From: Epiperipatus broadwayi
Taxonomy: Eukaryota > Animalia > Onychophora
Length of the DNA: 64,000 nucleotides
Direction: 5' to 3'
Assembly (NCBI GenBank): GCA_028023455.1
Contig: JAQFVV010000003.1
Location: 6,014,001 to 6,078,000, forward strand
A program made the position numbers and the translations under genes. How positions within the stretch are numbered: the first letter of the stretch is position 1; the number at the start of each line of letters is the position of its first letter. Shown piece by piece: positions 11,920 through 26,899 of the stretch. The notes beneath the pieces were generated by a model that saw only the letters and a program-made list of their open reading frames with translations, was not told the DNA's origin and searched no databases.

Positions 11920-14399
11920 TAGCCATCACAGGCTAAATTAAATTTAGTTGTTTTCCTGTAGTAACTTGAGTACAAATGAATTAATTCAAGCCCCACTTTG
12001 GGAAGCCATTCTATTGTACCAGTAACTTTGAGAGATCATCTTTAAATATGACTAAGCAAATGCAAATTTCATAGTTGCATCTAATGTAAATAATGGAGAT
12101 GATTGAACTTAAAACAGGTTATATTTCCCAATCAACTCCCAAACATCAACACTAATATTTTGAAATAGATTTTCTTTTCACTCAGCAATAATTTAATTTA
12201 AATATATTTTTTTATTAGGATGCCAAGCTAAATGAATTGATTTCAAAAACCAGGATCTTTCAATTTACAAAACATTCCAGCACATTTTTACCCAATGGTT
12301 AAACAGTCTTTCTACTTAAAACAGTTTCTTTAATTAAAATATATTTTTCTCTTAATTGATAAGTGCTAAAATGATAATTTGGAAATGAAAGTTGCAAAAT
12401 AAAAAACCACTGTTAACTTGAATTAAAACTAACAATAATTTATTTCACAATTAAAATTTATATATATATACATGTGCGCATACACAAAATTAAAACTAAT
12501 TGAAGTGCATTCATATAACAAAGCATATAAAAAATAAATGAATAACAATGACTAAGCAGCTAATATATATAAAATGAATGTTAGCAAAGAAATCAGATTG
12601 TACTGACTTAAGGCCTTTTCAATATATTGTTGTTATTTTTTTAAGTTTGAAAAAAAAATAGTATTACCATGGTATTTTTTTTTTGTACTTCCATTATTGA
12701 TCAGAACAGCATAAAAATCATAATGTTCTCTCTGTCAAGTGTTTCCTTTTAAATATTCCATTTTTCATGATAAAATAAAGTCAATTAAGGCACACATTTT
12801 TCATAGGCATTTTAAATTCATCCTGGGTTAGGCATTGACATTTGAGTTCTGGAAAACCCAGAAGAAATCTCCATAATTTATGCTGAATTAGTACACTTTA
12901 GCACCTAGCAATGCATATTCTCTGACCGTATCAACAAATGATCCTTGGGTTTTATATTTCTGACAAGACGATTTTTCCTTCATAAACTACAATAACCATG
13001 AAATTTTTTTTAGTCATGTTAAAAGTTCACAAAAGCTAAAAAGTTTATATTGTCAATCTCTCCAGTCCAGATCAAATTAAAACAATGAATGAATGAATAA
13101 TAATTCTCCCAAAAATGTGTCTCCTTTATATTTTCTCTCTCATCAAAATTTTTAACATTTTTTTCTTTTTTTTTAATTACAAGTCACTAATCGATCAGTA
13201 ATTAAAAGACAGTAATAAATTGAAGACTTATCTTTTGATTACTGTGTATAGATTCATTTACTATCAGGTAAATCTGATCAAATTAATTTTATTTTTTCAA
13301 ACACAAATTGAAATATAATTATTTCAATCTTTTTTTATTATTTTAAGTCATCTTTCATGGGTTTAATTTATTTACTAAAATTCATTTTAATAACTGTTCC
13401 AAGTTTTATTTATCCACACAAAATGCTTATATATCTATTCATCATGCCCAAACATACATGCACGTTCAAAATAATATTTTAAATGTAAAATACAACTTTA
13501 AATAATTTTTAACAATTGAATACATGCTTGTTATGCTGGGTGACCATTATAACATTGATGCTTACCATCCACCTATTGAGTTTTATATTAAGATATATCA
13601 CTCAAAACTTTTCCTTTCTGATATTTCAAAAAAAGTGTATAGGAAAGATAATTAATTATGTTGATTTTTGTAAGAATTTTTCTAAAGTTAATTGGAATTC
13701 ATTGTATTCCATTTAATGATGTGAATCATTGCTTAGATTATTTTTTACAGATTCTTAATAGTTTTATTGATTTATATATTCCCAATAAATTCTCTTTACA
13801 TAAAGACTTTTTACTTTGTTTATATGCTTTCATTAAGATTATTAAAAAGAAATCTTGCCATAGCAGATTCTATTTTAAAAAAATATCCTTTTTTATAATA
13901 ATTTTATTAATTTCAGAAGATTTGATAAACATATTTACAAAAGAGATTTACAAATTATATTTAAAATATTGCATTTAATATTTACTCTACCCCTAAAGAA
14001 TTTGGGAATTTTATTAATAATTGGGCTTGAATGAAAAAAGAGTTCAAGCTATTCATGGCTCCACATTAAATTTACATGATTTTTCTAAACATTTTGCTGA
14101 CTTACATTCATCAAACTATATTACAAAGATTAACTGAATTAACAGTAACACTACTTGCCCTTATTTTTAATTTGTCACTTAACTTATGTGTTTCCTAATT
14201 TTCTTAAATGTGCCAAAATTTTTAAGAATGGCTTCCACAATTATGTTAATAACTATAATCCTATTTCTGTTTTACTTACTATTACTTGAATTTTTGAGAG
14301 GTGGGTGATGTTAGTAAAATCATTTTTCTTCACAACATGGTTTTATTCTCAATACATCTATAGAAACTATTTTTTTCACAATTTATGATCATATAGCAC

Positions 14400-15300
14400 A
14401 TGCAATTGAGGATCAACAAAGACTTGATGATATTTATTTTATCAAATCCTTTGATAATCTTCACTTTCATAAATTACACAAAATGGTTTTTTCTACTAAA
14501 CTTATTTGCTGATCTCAATCCTTTCTTTGAAATCATACTGCATAGGTCAAATTTGACACTAATATTTAATCTAATTTTGAATTTAATTTTGGTACTCCTC
14601 AGAACTGTCTTTTAGCACCCATGCTTTTTAACATTTATATTAATGACCTTAATGATTGCTTAAAATCTTATTTTGTATGGTATGCTGATGATTATTAAAT
14701 CTTTAGAAGAATCCTCTCAATGATCAATTGCACTCATCATCAGAAAGATATTAATTTTAATGCTTGGTGTGATCTAAATAATATGCCAATTAATTTTAGT
14801 AAATGCTCTCTTGTTTCATATTCTAAGAATTCTGAGGCTTTAATTTTATTATTATTATTTCTCTCAAAATTAATTCTATTGAATTCCCAAAAAGATCTGG
14901 GAGTTTTATTTTCAAGTTATGAATCCTTTCATGGATATCATTTTTAGACATAGTCATCATTTCCGTTATGATACAAATTTCAAATTATTTTTGTCATTGG
15001 TTCTTCCCATCATTGAATATTTGTTCAACCATTTGGAATCCTAACTTTACACAAGGATGTAGTTTATTACAATCAGTAGTCAATAAATTCTCCATATACA
15101 TTTTTCTGAAAAATAAAGTTGGTCTTCATCTTTCTTCTAGATATTCTTGCTGACACAATTTCAGCTATTATAATTAAGTTTTATGAGCATGATATTCGAT
15201 CTGCTTCTGTCTGTTATATTCAAGCTTGACATTCCAATATTCTTAAAATTTCCCCTTTACTCAGGCTACTCTTTTTATATAATCAGATTTTAAGAATATT
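14400..15300 (+). mobile_element. Decayed CR1/Jockey-group LINE reverse transcriptase
   Basis: From 14591: GTPQNCLLAPMLFNIYINDLNDCLKSYFVWYADDY*IFRRI (GVPQG...YADD). Followed by WCDLNNMPINFSKC, KDLGVLF and STIWNP. Confidence 0.9.
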
Positions 15301-16399
15301 AATCATTTTATGATTAAATCATAAGTAATTTTGCAATATTCTTAAATTTGAATGTCATTTTTGATTAATTTAAATGTATTTTATTTATTTATTTTTTATT
15401 TCTTTGATTGGTTACTTCCATTTATTATTATATTATACACATTTTATATATTCCCTTTACAATTTTAATGTACAATCTATAATTACCTATATGCTATTGT
15501 TTAGTACTTAAATAAATGACTTGAATTATTATTATCATTGTCAGCATTATCATCATCATTATTATTATTTTCAAAAAGACTTTATTGCAGATAAACAAAA
15601 AATAGTTACATTGATGATTCACTCACCCTATGCAGATAAATATTCAAAAGAATAGCACAAAAAGTATAAGTAACAATTATTATGAGAAAAACCAAAAGAT
15701 ATGCATATGATTTAGATATTCAGGGTTTATATCTTTTTCTTTTCTGATACTGATTTATAAAACTTAATTTTTTATCAATTTTTATTTTCTTTGTTTCATT
15801 TATTGTTAGGTATATTGTGTTATGTAAAACTTGAGCATTGTCACATTATGAATCTGGTAATTGTATTGTTTTTTTTTAAATACAATGGTCTCATCCCTTA
15901 TTGTATTTGGATATTTTCTTGGTTTGGTATTAAATATTAAAAAGCATCTGGTGCACAACAGGGTAAATAAAAAAAAAAGAACTTGCTCAAATGTATAAAA
16001 AATTTACCTTTAGCAAATGACTGTAAAAAAAAGTCTGAATATTTTATTTATTGTATAATGTGGGGGCAGGTGAGTGAAGTGAGATTGAGTTTCAGTCCCT
16101 CTACAGCATAACCAGCTTATGTTATTTATATTTATGATGTATCTTCTATATCAGTCAAAGTGTAGGGTTGGGGAGTGCTTCAAGATTTAACTTCAGCAGA
16201 AAATCATAAAATTTGGTTCTAATAACTAGAATTTGAATTTTCAGGTTAGTTGTTTATTAATTGTTAAAATTGGTATTTTATCATGAAACATAGAGGGAGG
16301 GCAAATTATTTGGTATACATTACAATATTTTGGGGGAATGAATAAGAAAAAATTGATATCAAAGTGATTAAAGTTTTGAATAAAATATTTACTAGGGGA

Positions 16400-18300
16400 G
16401 GCTTATCTGTTGGAGTAATTTTAACAAACACTTTTATACATGGGAATATATTTGCACAAACATAAATAAGATTTATTTTGTCTTTTGAATCTTAAATATA
16501 TTTATTGCATGTAGTCCTAAATCATTTTGTATTAGAGGTGCTTGAATATATTTTAATGAGACTGAAATAAAACTTTTTCCCTACAGCAACTTTCTACATA
16601 GCAAATATGAGGCTGAATGATCTTAAACCATTCTGCTAATTGGTAGTTTTTCTCTACTGAGTTCCTATTCTAATAATTGTCATTATATATTTATTAATAA
16701 AAAAAAAGTTTTATCTACAGATATGTTCTCCCTCTCCATAACAATTCATGTGACTTATCATTAGCAAATAAAGAGCATGACACATTTATCTTTTTAATGC
16801 TAATGGGCTCCTCATCTGAATGACTTTCAACCTCAGTATCTCTGGAGCTCATATTAGCTTTCTTTATTTTTATGATAGTTTAGAATCTGTGGCATGTCAA
16901 CTGCACTATGAGCTAGTGTTCGATTTTTTTCTGCCACATTTCTATTGCAGTCATCCCAGTTTTCATTTAGCAGGGATATTCATCTCAGAATCTATGTAGG
17001 GTAAACAATGCACTAATAAGTGTATATTATCCTGCAAAGTTTTGTTAAAAGATATAGCTGTAGAATGGTTATGATTCTGGCTATTGATTTTTAATATTTC
17101 TTATTGAGATGAGTTAACTTTTTGCATAAATGATTCACTCCCATCAATTATTGATTGTATTGCAAATGTGTAGTTACTCTTTGATTACAAAGTCATTAAT
17201 TAAACTAATGCCATTAATATAAATTGTAGCTGTATCACTTATCAGTTGTTGAATAAATTTTGTAGTAATCATTAGTGTCTTACTGCACTGACTGAGTTGA
17301 GGTTGTCTCATATTTCAATGTTCATGTTTAAGTTTTGGACATGCGCTCATAATATGCCCTCATTGTTTGTAATGAAAATGTGGTTTAAGTTTATGAATTA
17401 TTATAAAAAGTGTTGTTTCTTGATCTGTGATGAGAATGATAATATCATGTTTTGGTATTGATACCTTTTACTATAGATGGATAATTTGAAATGTTGACAA
17501 AATTCAAGAAGAAAAAAAATATAACTTTTCCCATGACAATTTTCTTGAATTTATATTGCAATGACAATTTGAACCTCAAATGATACCATTAATTTATTAA
17601 AAGCATTGGTGTTATAATTTAAATACATATTTTTAAACAAACGAGTAATAAATTTTTTTCTATGTTAACTTTTATTAAAGCATATTTACTCAGAGTCTTA
17701 TTATTTTTGTTAAATCGTTCTTTTTGTTTTTCATTGTAGAATTCAATTACAATATAGTGAGAGTTTGGGTGATCTGTGATTTCTAATATAGAATCCCATA
17801 ATTACCCATGCTTATCATTTAGAACAGCAAATTTTTAGGGAATTTGTATGCATTTTATATCCATAATTGTGAGGATAATAGATTGATCAGTACAAAATCA
17901 TTTAAATAACATAAACAGGATTTTTCAAGGTTGTTGCTTTAAATTATTCAGAAATTTTGCTTAGACTCTCTTCAGTCAAGACCTCTATCTGAAAGAATAT
18001 CTGACTTTATAAGATAATCCACTGGGCAATGCTGAAATCTTGAGATCAGAATTGGATTTTTAACAACATTCTGTAAAATTTCTGTTCCTTCAATTTGCAT
18101 TCTTTTTTGGTTGATATTTTAATAGTGTCAGCACAGTATTATATACAGCATTCAAAGAAGCATCCATATTAAAAATGATGCAAACAATTTTAAAGAAAAT
18201 TTTTTATAACTTAACAATGTATAAAAAAGGATAATATATTCTATCAATCTCAGTGAATACCAATCAGCCAGTATGCATTGTTTTTGGTATTTTTATTAGA
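16400..18300 (-). mobile_element. Possible highly decayed R4/Dong-like non-LTR element
   Basis: Minus-strand fragments CTDQSII and AWV...(Y)DSI resemble CKEQLII...AWIDYKKAYDS. Very degraded. Confidence 0.3.
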
Positions 18301-18649
18301 CAATAGGCTATTAGACATAGATTGATTTCTGCACATGATATCTAAGTGAATCCTTATATATTTTAGCTATTTTTAAACTATATAAATATAAAATTATTAC
18401 TGATATATAATTGTCAATGTTTGATATTGTGTTGCCAGATTTTTGTTTGGGTAGTCATGGGCAATTTAGTTAAGATAGTCTCAAAAATATTGTTTTGTTA
18501 TCACTGATCTATAAATGTTGACCATTTATCTTTTATACATTCAAGAAATATTTAAAACTTTGGTTATTGTATTATTTGTAACTATATTTATTATTATTAC
18601 CATTACTATTCTTATAACTATTGCTGTTATTATTATTTATTATTATTAT

Positions 18650-19200
18650 CATCAACAATGGCTCTTTCCACCATCATATTGATTTTATGGTAAATAAAGC
18701 TCTCAACTTTATAGGAGTTATTTGTGGGTATAAAAAATCATTTAATAAATGTACAAAAATCAAACTTTTTATATCTTTGGTACTCTCTATCTTGGAGTAT
18801 GGCTCAATTATATGGAATCCTCATATTAAGACAGATATCATAAAATTCCACCTGTTTTGACAAATTTTTTAAATTAAATAATCTAAATAACAATCAGTAC
18901 ATCAAATTAATGCTGAGACAAAAAAAAGATCGTACATTTCTGCATAAATGAGTATTAAAAAACAGCATTATAATAATCGTACTCACAATAATTTTGAACT
19001 TAAAATTTCTACATCTGATATATTAAAATTCTCTCCTTTACTTCTGTTTACCCAGAACATATAATAAAGATTTTATTAATAAAGATATTTTTCATTTAGA
19101 TTTTAAACAGTTCATTAAAGTCATCTTAATAAAATATTATCTTTAGTTTCATTTGGTGTATTACCTTTTTATTTCTCATTTGATTGTTTATTTTTGCTTT
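18650..19200 (+). mobile_element. 5'-truncated CR1/Jockey-group LINE 3' fragment
   Basis: SFHHHIDFMVNKALNFIGVI...LFISLVLSILEYGSIIWNPH is the post-RT block of this group, homologous to the 14968 block. Confidence 0.8.
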
Positions 19201-19214
19201 GTTTCTATTGCTAT

Positions 19215-19622
<408 letters not shown>

Positions 19623-19899
19623 TTTCAAAGAAGTTTATTAAGCAATCAAAAATTATATCACATGAGATCATATCAATGAGGTCACATACAATTGGTTATA
19701 TACAAATGGTTACATATAAATACATTGGTTACATCAATAAATTAATACTAGTTACATAAAAGTGAGTTATATGATTATATAGTCTCTTCACTTTTTTTCT
19801 TATTTTTCAAAGGCAAAAAAAAAATTACAATTGTTATAGGAGGAGAAAAAAGAATACAATATGATAATTACAGTTAAGTTAGAATATACATAAATCTAC

Positions 19900-21250
19900 A
19901 TTGTTTATCATTTTTTGACTAGAAATTAATTTCATTAACCCTCTTTGCTTACATAAAAATTAAAAATATATAGATATAATTATTTATCAAATCAGTTGTC
20001 CTATCAAAATAACTGGAAACACTTAAAGTAATGCAATACACTTGCATAACTGATTTTGTACTATTAATAAAAGAAAAAAAATGACTTAGCTATTCATTGT
20101 GATTAGTTTAAATAATGTTGTCAATATCTTAATTGTGACACATTAAGGATCAGGTATCATGAAAGATATTATCTGGGGTGACTTTTTGATATCTTTCCTA
20201 GAATGCCTTCTAGGATTGTTATTATAAACAAAAATGCATCTAGTAAACCATAACCATAGCATATAAAATGAATGTATTAGCTCTAATCCTTGAAAATATT
20301 TCTATTGTATAGATTTTGAAAAAGTATGCTACATTAATTGAATAATTGTAAAAAAAATTGGGAAGAGCAGTGTGCATATTATCTAAATAAAGACAATTAT
20401 AAAATACATACTCTTAATTTTCAAAATCTCTTTGATAAAGGGGGCAAGAGCATCAAGGTTTGTACAGTTTTTCTATATTTGTTTTAAAAAAAAGAGTCAA
20501 TGGAGATCCCAAATTTAACTTAAGAAAAGTCAAAATATAAGTTGTCAATTATTTAAGCTCAGTATGAGCTTACTGTGATTATTTAGTGTTGGATGGTTCA
20601 TTCATTGATATGTTTGCCAATACTTATATTTATTTGTAGATGGTTAGAAGAATAGACTACATTCAATGTAAGTTTTATTGGATTAGCCCAGTAACTATTA
20701 CCAGGGGTTTGGCTTATCTGTTGGTATATTTTTAGAGAAGTAACAATATGTGCAAAGATATTAACAAGCAATGTAATTATTTTCTGAATTTTGAATGTAT
20801 TTAATGAATGCTGCCTCAACCTATTAATGCTCAATGAATTTTTGAAGTTTTTTAATAGAGGTGGATGCAATGCATTTACCCCACAGAAGTATTTTTGAGC
20901 ATGGAGTAGACACGTGAAATAAAGGCTTTGATGTAAACGATTATAGGGATATAGTAAGTGATTCTTTCATAATGAACATATTAAACAGAGTAATTTTATA
21001 ATAGACTAAAAGGTATGATTTTGGGAAGAAGTTAATATTTTTTCTTTAAATAAACTTTGTGTCTTTGGTCTCATTCTAGTACTATTAAGGTGGAAGGGAA
21101 ACCAAGGAATGAGAAAACATTTTCTTTGAATTTAGATTGCATTACTTCACCTGTATGTATCTTTCAACAAAATATTTTGTCCATATTGAATTCAACTTTG
21201 TACTCCTCTGAATAATTGTCCAAAATTTATAGCAATTTGGGGACCTGTTT
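19900..21250 (-). mobile_element. Decayed L1/Tx1-like LINE 3' part (related to 43530-45450)
   Basis: Minus strand FSFLGF and KILLWGK align with SFLGF and YKLLWGRK in the 44-45 kb copy. The 3' UTR ends look similar. Confidence 0.55.
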
Positions 21251-24200
21251 TTGAGGCTAGTTATAAATTCTGGTTAATATATTCATAACATTTTTTTATT
21301 TTTATGTTTTCATATAATTTTGTTTTATAATACAGTTATTTTGTATATATGCATTTTTCCCCATCATAACATTTTTGGGTTCCAAATAAGAAAATAAAAT
21401 TGTGTCTCTAAGATAATTATCTAAATAAAAGCTTACCATTGATTTTCAACAATAATTATTTTAAAAGATTCATTAAAAAACAATCATTATAATACACATT
21501 TAATAAAAATCTTTATAATTAAAGTTGAAATTAGAAACAAAAAGGAGAGTGTACTTTAATCACTATATAAAATATAAATAAAATGTTTGTGACATATTTG
21601 GAATACAATTTTCAGAAAATACAATACATCAGAGAGAACTAACCCACTGTGTAAAAATTTTGTGAAAGTTAATGCAATATGATGAATAGTTTAATTCATA
21701 GATCTGACAGACAGCACATTCATTGTTAATTTCCAATAATCATTCCAGAAATAAACAAATCAAAGCAAAATTATTTTTAACGTTGAAGTTTAACTGATAA
21801 CAGAATCAATACTAGATAGCTCTGCATTTTTTTCAGTGGTTGAGTTTTTGTCTAATTGGCATACTGTGAGTGAAATTTTATGAATATTTTTTAGTAAAGT
21901 ATAAGAATTAACTTGTAAGGAAATTTATGAATATGAAATATTTATCTTAGTTATAGAAATAATTTATTACATTAACAAATTTATAAAAATATTTTTAAAC
22001 TGATATAGATATTATATATTCTTGGATATTACTATTTTAAATATCGCAGTTGATATAATTGATTGAATTTAAATCATTTTCTTGTTCATAATTGATATTC
22101 AAAAAACTTTAAAATATGTTCTTAAATAGGATATTTCCCCCATTTTCATTTCAGAATTAATTTTCAATGCATTGGCATACACTACAATAATTGCTGATTC
22201 AACAGAAGAATTACTATTGCTTTGCATTTTGTCAATAACACAAAAGAATTGTACTTTTTTAAAAAAATAATTGCAGCTCTGAATTAAGTTGGCAGACATT
22301 ACTTTTAATATTTTTCACTACACACATTCAAATAGATGTCTATATTAAAGAATCATAACTCACATTCTCCTTTAGGAATGAAAACAAGAAATGAATTGGC
22401 AGCAAAACTTCTATTGATTGATAGACAAAACTTCCACTGATGTGATAATGGAATGGAATTTTTTTCAAAATCAAATTAACATTTTTTTAGTGCTTTTGAA
22501 TATCAAAACTTTAAAAAACCTGGCAAGAGCTTTCAGATTCAATCAGATATTATGATTTTATCCAAAATATCTGTATTTAATAATTATAAAGCTTAAAAAA
22601 AGCTCACTTTATAAAGAGGACCTTGCTCTACTTATTAGTGATCTTTTTAATATTAGAACTTAAAAACACACATACATAAAAATACTTTTAAAATAAACTG
22701 AAATTTCATTTAACCAAATTAATCAAAGGGCAACTATTGGATCTTATATCTCACATATTCCCTTTATTTTCAAGCAACACTTTTACTTATATCCATGAAT
22801 CAAATTGAAAAATGCAGTATATGTTTTATCTTTCTCTAAATGTTGCAAAAGAATAATTTGTACTACACATGTATATAAATATCATTTAATAACCGAAAAA
22901 AAAGTTTCATTATGATGATGGAAACTGTATACTGTGAAACTTTTTTTTTTAAATTTCTGTTTTTAGATGCATATGTTTATTTAGAAAAGAAATCATAGAG
23001 AATTCCTACAAACCGGAATTGTTAGCAATTTTCAGAAAAAGTACAGATATTACTAAGTACATTTTTAATACCAAAATTAAAATTATTTCCGAAAATAAAA
23101 TGATTTTTTATTATCTAAAATTACTCTTCATATATATATATATAATTAAGTTTATTATATTTTGTTTGTGTATACATATGTATAAGTGTAGATATTATAC
23201 CCAAATACAATTACTATTTGCATTTTCAAATAATAATTTGTCAATATTATTATTAAATAATATACTGTTTGAAAACAAATTATTTCATAATCTAATATTT
23301 ATTTTATTATAATTATTTCCCTTAAATCTATGTTTTCATAGATGAGTCTTGAATTAAAAATTAAATAAAAAAACATGCGACGCATAAAATATGATCAATA
23401 AATATTATTATATATTATCTTAATCACAATTTTAAACCTATTATCAAAATTCTTATTTTAAAATTTATATATCAAAATTCATAATTTATGAACAAATTTA
23501 AAATGTTTAATTTTTTTTAATCTTTATTTTATGATAATAATCATTTTTTAGTTTTATTGTTTATATGATATCTTAGTTTTGTAGAACATATATTTTATCA
23601 ATAACATCACGTAAACTGAAGTTATTATGAAAATTGCATCTTCAAATAAAAATTCAACATGTTACCTATGTTAAGACAACATAGTAAATATGATTTTTTT
23701 TTTTTAAAAAAAGTCATACATTATTCTTAAAAATAACACCTTTTTATTTGTTTGCGCAATCATTATAAAGTTGATTCTTTGAGGAAGTTAAATTTTCTCG
23801 CCTTTTATTTTTACACAAAAAATATTATTCATTTTATTAAATAATCAAAAAATATTGCTAATAGCTAACTATGTAATTAATTATGATTTAATTTATACAT
23901 TCTCTTTTTACCATAAAATTGAAAATAAGTTGATCAATAAATTATATATATATAAAAAGATATTACGCAAACCTTTTAACAGACATTTTTTTTTTTTTTT
24001 GAAGAACGTAATTGATCTTCATAAAATGTCACTGAATAAATTAAAAATGTATAAGATGAATATAGGTTTAACCAATATATTTTGATTAAAACACATTTAT
24101 CTTTCTTTAATCGTAACAATTATTTTTGAAATGGAAATTTATTAATACTTGTTTTAATTAATGTTTGCATTTAATTCTGATATGTTTGCTAATGGATAGT

Positions 24201-24459
24201 AATAATTGTTTGAATTTAATAATGACAAAGGTTTGACATTTTAGGTTTCAGAATAATAAATAAATCCATATGTTTCATTGACTAAAATTAGAATGGCTAT
24301 AGAAAAATTTTAACAAATAAATTTCATCTTCAATATTATTTTTAGAGAAGATAAAAAGAATTACTTATTTCATTTATTTAACAAGAAATAAGTTTTTAAA
24401 GCATTTACAAAACATATTACAGTCTGCCTTCTGATATACATATTTCCTAATTAATAGCT

Positions 24460-24630
24460 TCATAGAGTAGTGGATACTGCACCTGCTGTCATCTCTATAA
24501 CCTGAGATTTGAATCTGGATGGAAATAATTTTTCAGTGGTAACTGAGAATTTCTAAGTTAGCACAGAATTTTTTTCCAGAAATCCCAATCCAATTCAGCT
24601 AATCATCTAATTATTGACCAGTAAATGGAT
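24460..24630 (+). mobile_element. Decayed tRNA-derived SINE-like head
   Basis: A-box-like TAGAGTAGTGG (24463) and B-box-like GAGATTTGAATCT (24504) at tRNA-like spacing. Confidence 0.4.
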
Positions 24631-26899
24631 ATTTAATCATTCTTAGCTAAACATAAATCAAGAAAAGAAACTACAAAAATTCTCATGACAGGCTGGTGTT
24701 TATATCATTTACATCAAAGATTCTCTGCAGTGATGGGTCAGAGGCATCTTTACCTTAATCAAAAACACCAACAAATCAAAAAATCTATTTTCCAGAGGAA
24801 CAATGATATTAAAAGTAAATTCCGCTCTTGACTAAGTCTTAAAAAAATGCAGAGATTATAACCAAGTCAAGTGCCACATGACTTTCCCAGTTTTCTGTTA
24901 ACTTTGCATTAGAAGCAACAATACACTCCATTTACTCTACTCCAGAGTCATCTATTGAAAGATGAGTATTCAATAGATACTCAATACTAGTGTCACATCT
25001 AAATTCTCAAACTAGCTTCTGAATATTGATTTTCATCTAGGAAGTGCACTGGAATGCCCCACAATTCTAATTTTTTTCCTATAACTAGCTGACAAATAAT
25101 AGTGTACAATTCAGACAGTTACCCCAAAAAATGCTTTATCCTTTTTTTTTTTTTTTTAACAATTCAACTTTTTATAAATTGTTAGATATTTTTGCATTTG
25201 ACAACATTATTCATTTTTGTATCTGAATTATAATATCTAAGGCTTCCACAACTAAACTAAGCAAAAAACATTACACTAAACTACAATTTTATTTTTGCAT
25301 GTATGTAAACATGGTACCAATTACAATGAAAATGTATTAATGCAAATTTCATCTTTTTGTGTGGTATTTATTTGCTACACCGATTATAGTCTTTGTGCAT
25401 ATTTTTTTCATATAAAGATGACTGACATACAAATGTGCTTTAGTTTCCAAACTAGGGGATTCCAGATTAAAAGTGCTGTATCTGCATGACATCATAAACC
25501 ATTGATTACTCTTTTCAGAACAAAGACTTTTAAAATGTCTTTTTTTTATGCAGGTGTTGTTATACACTTTTCACTTCCATAATGATATTTTAAAAAATTA
25601 AATCTTATCTCTTATTTAATTTTTCATATTTATTAACCCATTTCAGTTAAAACTTTGATAGTTTTTCAGTTTCTTGTTTCTGGGACACTGATGTGGTTCT
25701 TGATGCTATATGGTGAAGTTCTTCTATGCATTTTCCTATTTCTATCTTGTTTCTTATATTAACTTATATTCTATCATTATAAACAGTAATTCACTCTATT
25801 TATTATGAAGTCTCATGGTGTAAGCTTTATTAATCCAAATTCAGTATTTCATTTATACAATCTTAAATTACCAGCTTAATCATTCTAAAATTTATATAAA
25901 TTATTATTTCAGTATACAAAATTTTTTAGTGTTACCATTTGATGTATAACAATGCTCTGAAACCAGAGTGGACTAATTTAACAGAAGAAATTATAATTGT
26001 GATTTATGTTTAAAGCATATTAAACATATATCAAATTCTCTACATTATTTACTACATGTCATTAAATGTATATGGAATTATGCTGATAGGTTGATTGACT
26101 GTGGAATGATGTTTGTATCCATTGAGTAAGCATTTGAAAAATATGAGAACTAAAATTCTACTGCTGTAAAATAACTAGACATATCTAAAAGAAAGAAAAA
26201 AACAATGAGTGGTATAATTCTATAAAAAAAATTATAATCTAAATTATAATTTGCTTAAAGAAAGCTAAAGCAACTGTATCTTATGACTAACAATAATAAT
26301 AACGTGGAAATTCAATTAGAAAAATTAAGCTTGAATAAAATTGACATTTATAGTACAATTATACAATACATTAAATTTATTAATAAAATTTTAAAACAAA
26401 GAAAAGTTTTAATAGAAAAATTTATTTAGAACTGTATTCTTTCTTCTTTCACATATTGTTACCTGTTTTGTTTTTTTAAACAACAAATGTGGAATCTAGA
26501 TATATAGAATCTTATTTTAAATCCTCATGCTTTACAAACACTATCATGAAGATTCAATAAAAATGGAACAACTTTAGTCTGACTTTTTAATGGGATTAGA
26601 TGTAGAAACACAACTGGTCATTCTATCATCTGCAAATACTGTAGCTATTATTTCCCACACACTCACATAGCTACCACTACTGCTATAGAAACCACACAAA
26701 CTACAAGTGTCAACTACAACTAGAAATAGTTTAAAAATTGAAGCCACTACAAATTCTAAAAATCCATTGAATTCATGACTGCTCCTGATTCCTTCATCAT
26801 TTGAATTAATTAAGTAAGTGAACCCTTAAAAATGATTGCAATTATAAAATTGTTACAATTGATAAGAATAAATAAACTACAGTGTTCTCTTGATAAACA

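Noticed and set aside
21820-22600. Protein-like frames (VVEFLSNWHT, ELIFNALAY..., ELAAKLLL...)
   Set aside because: Incompatible exon phases, many stops and no recognisable family.
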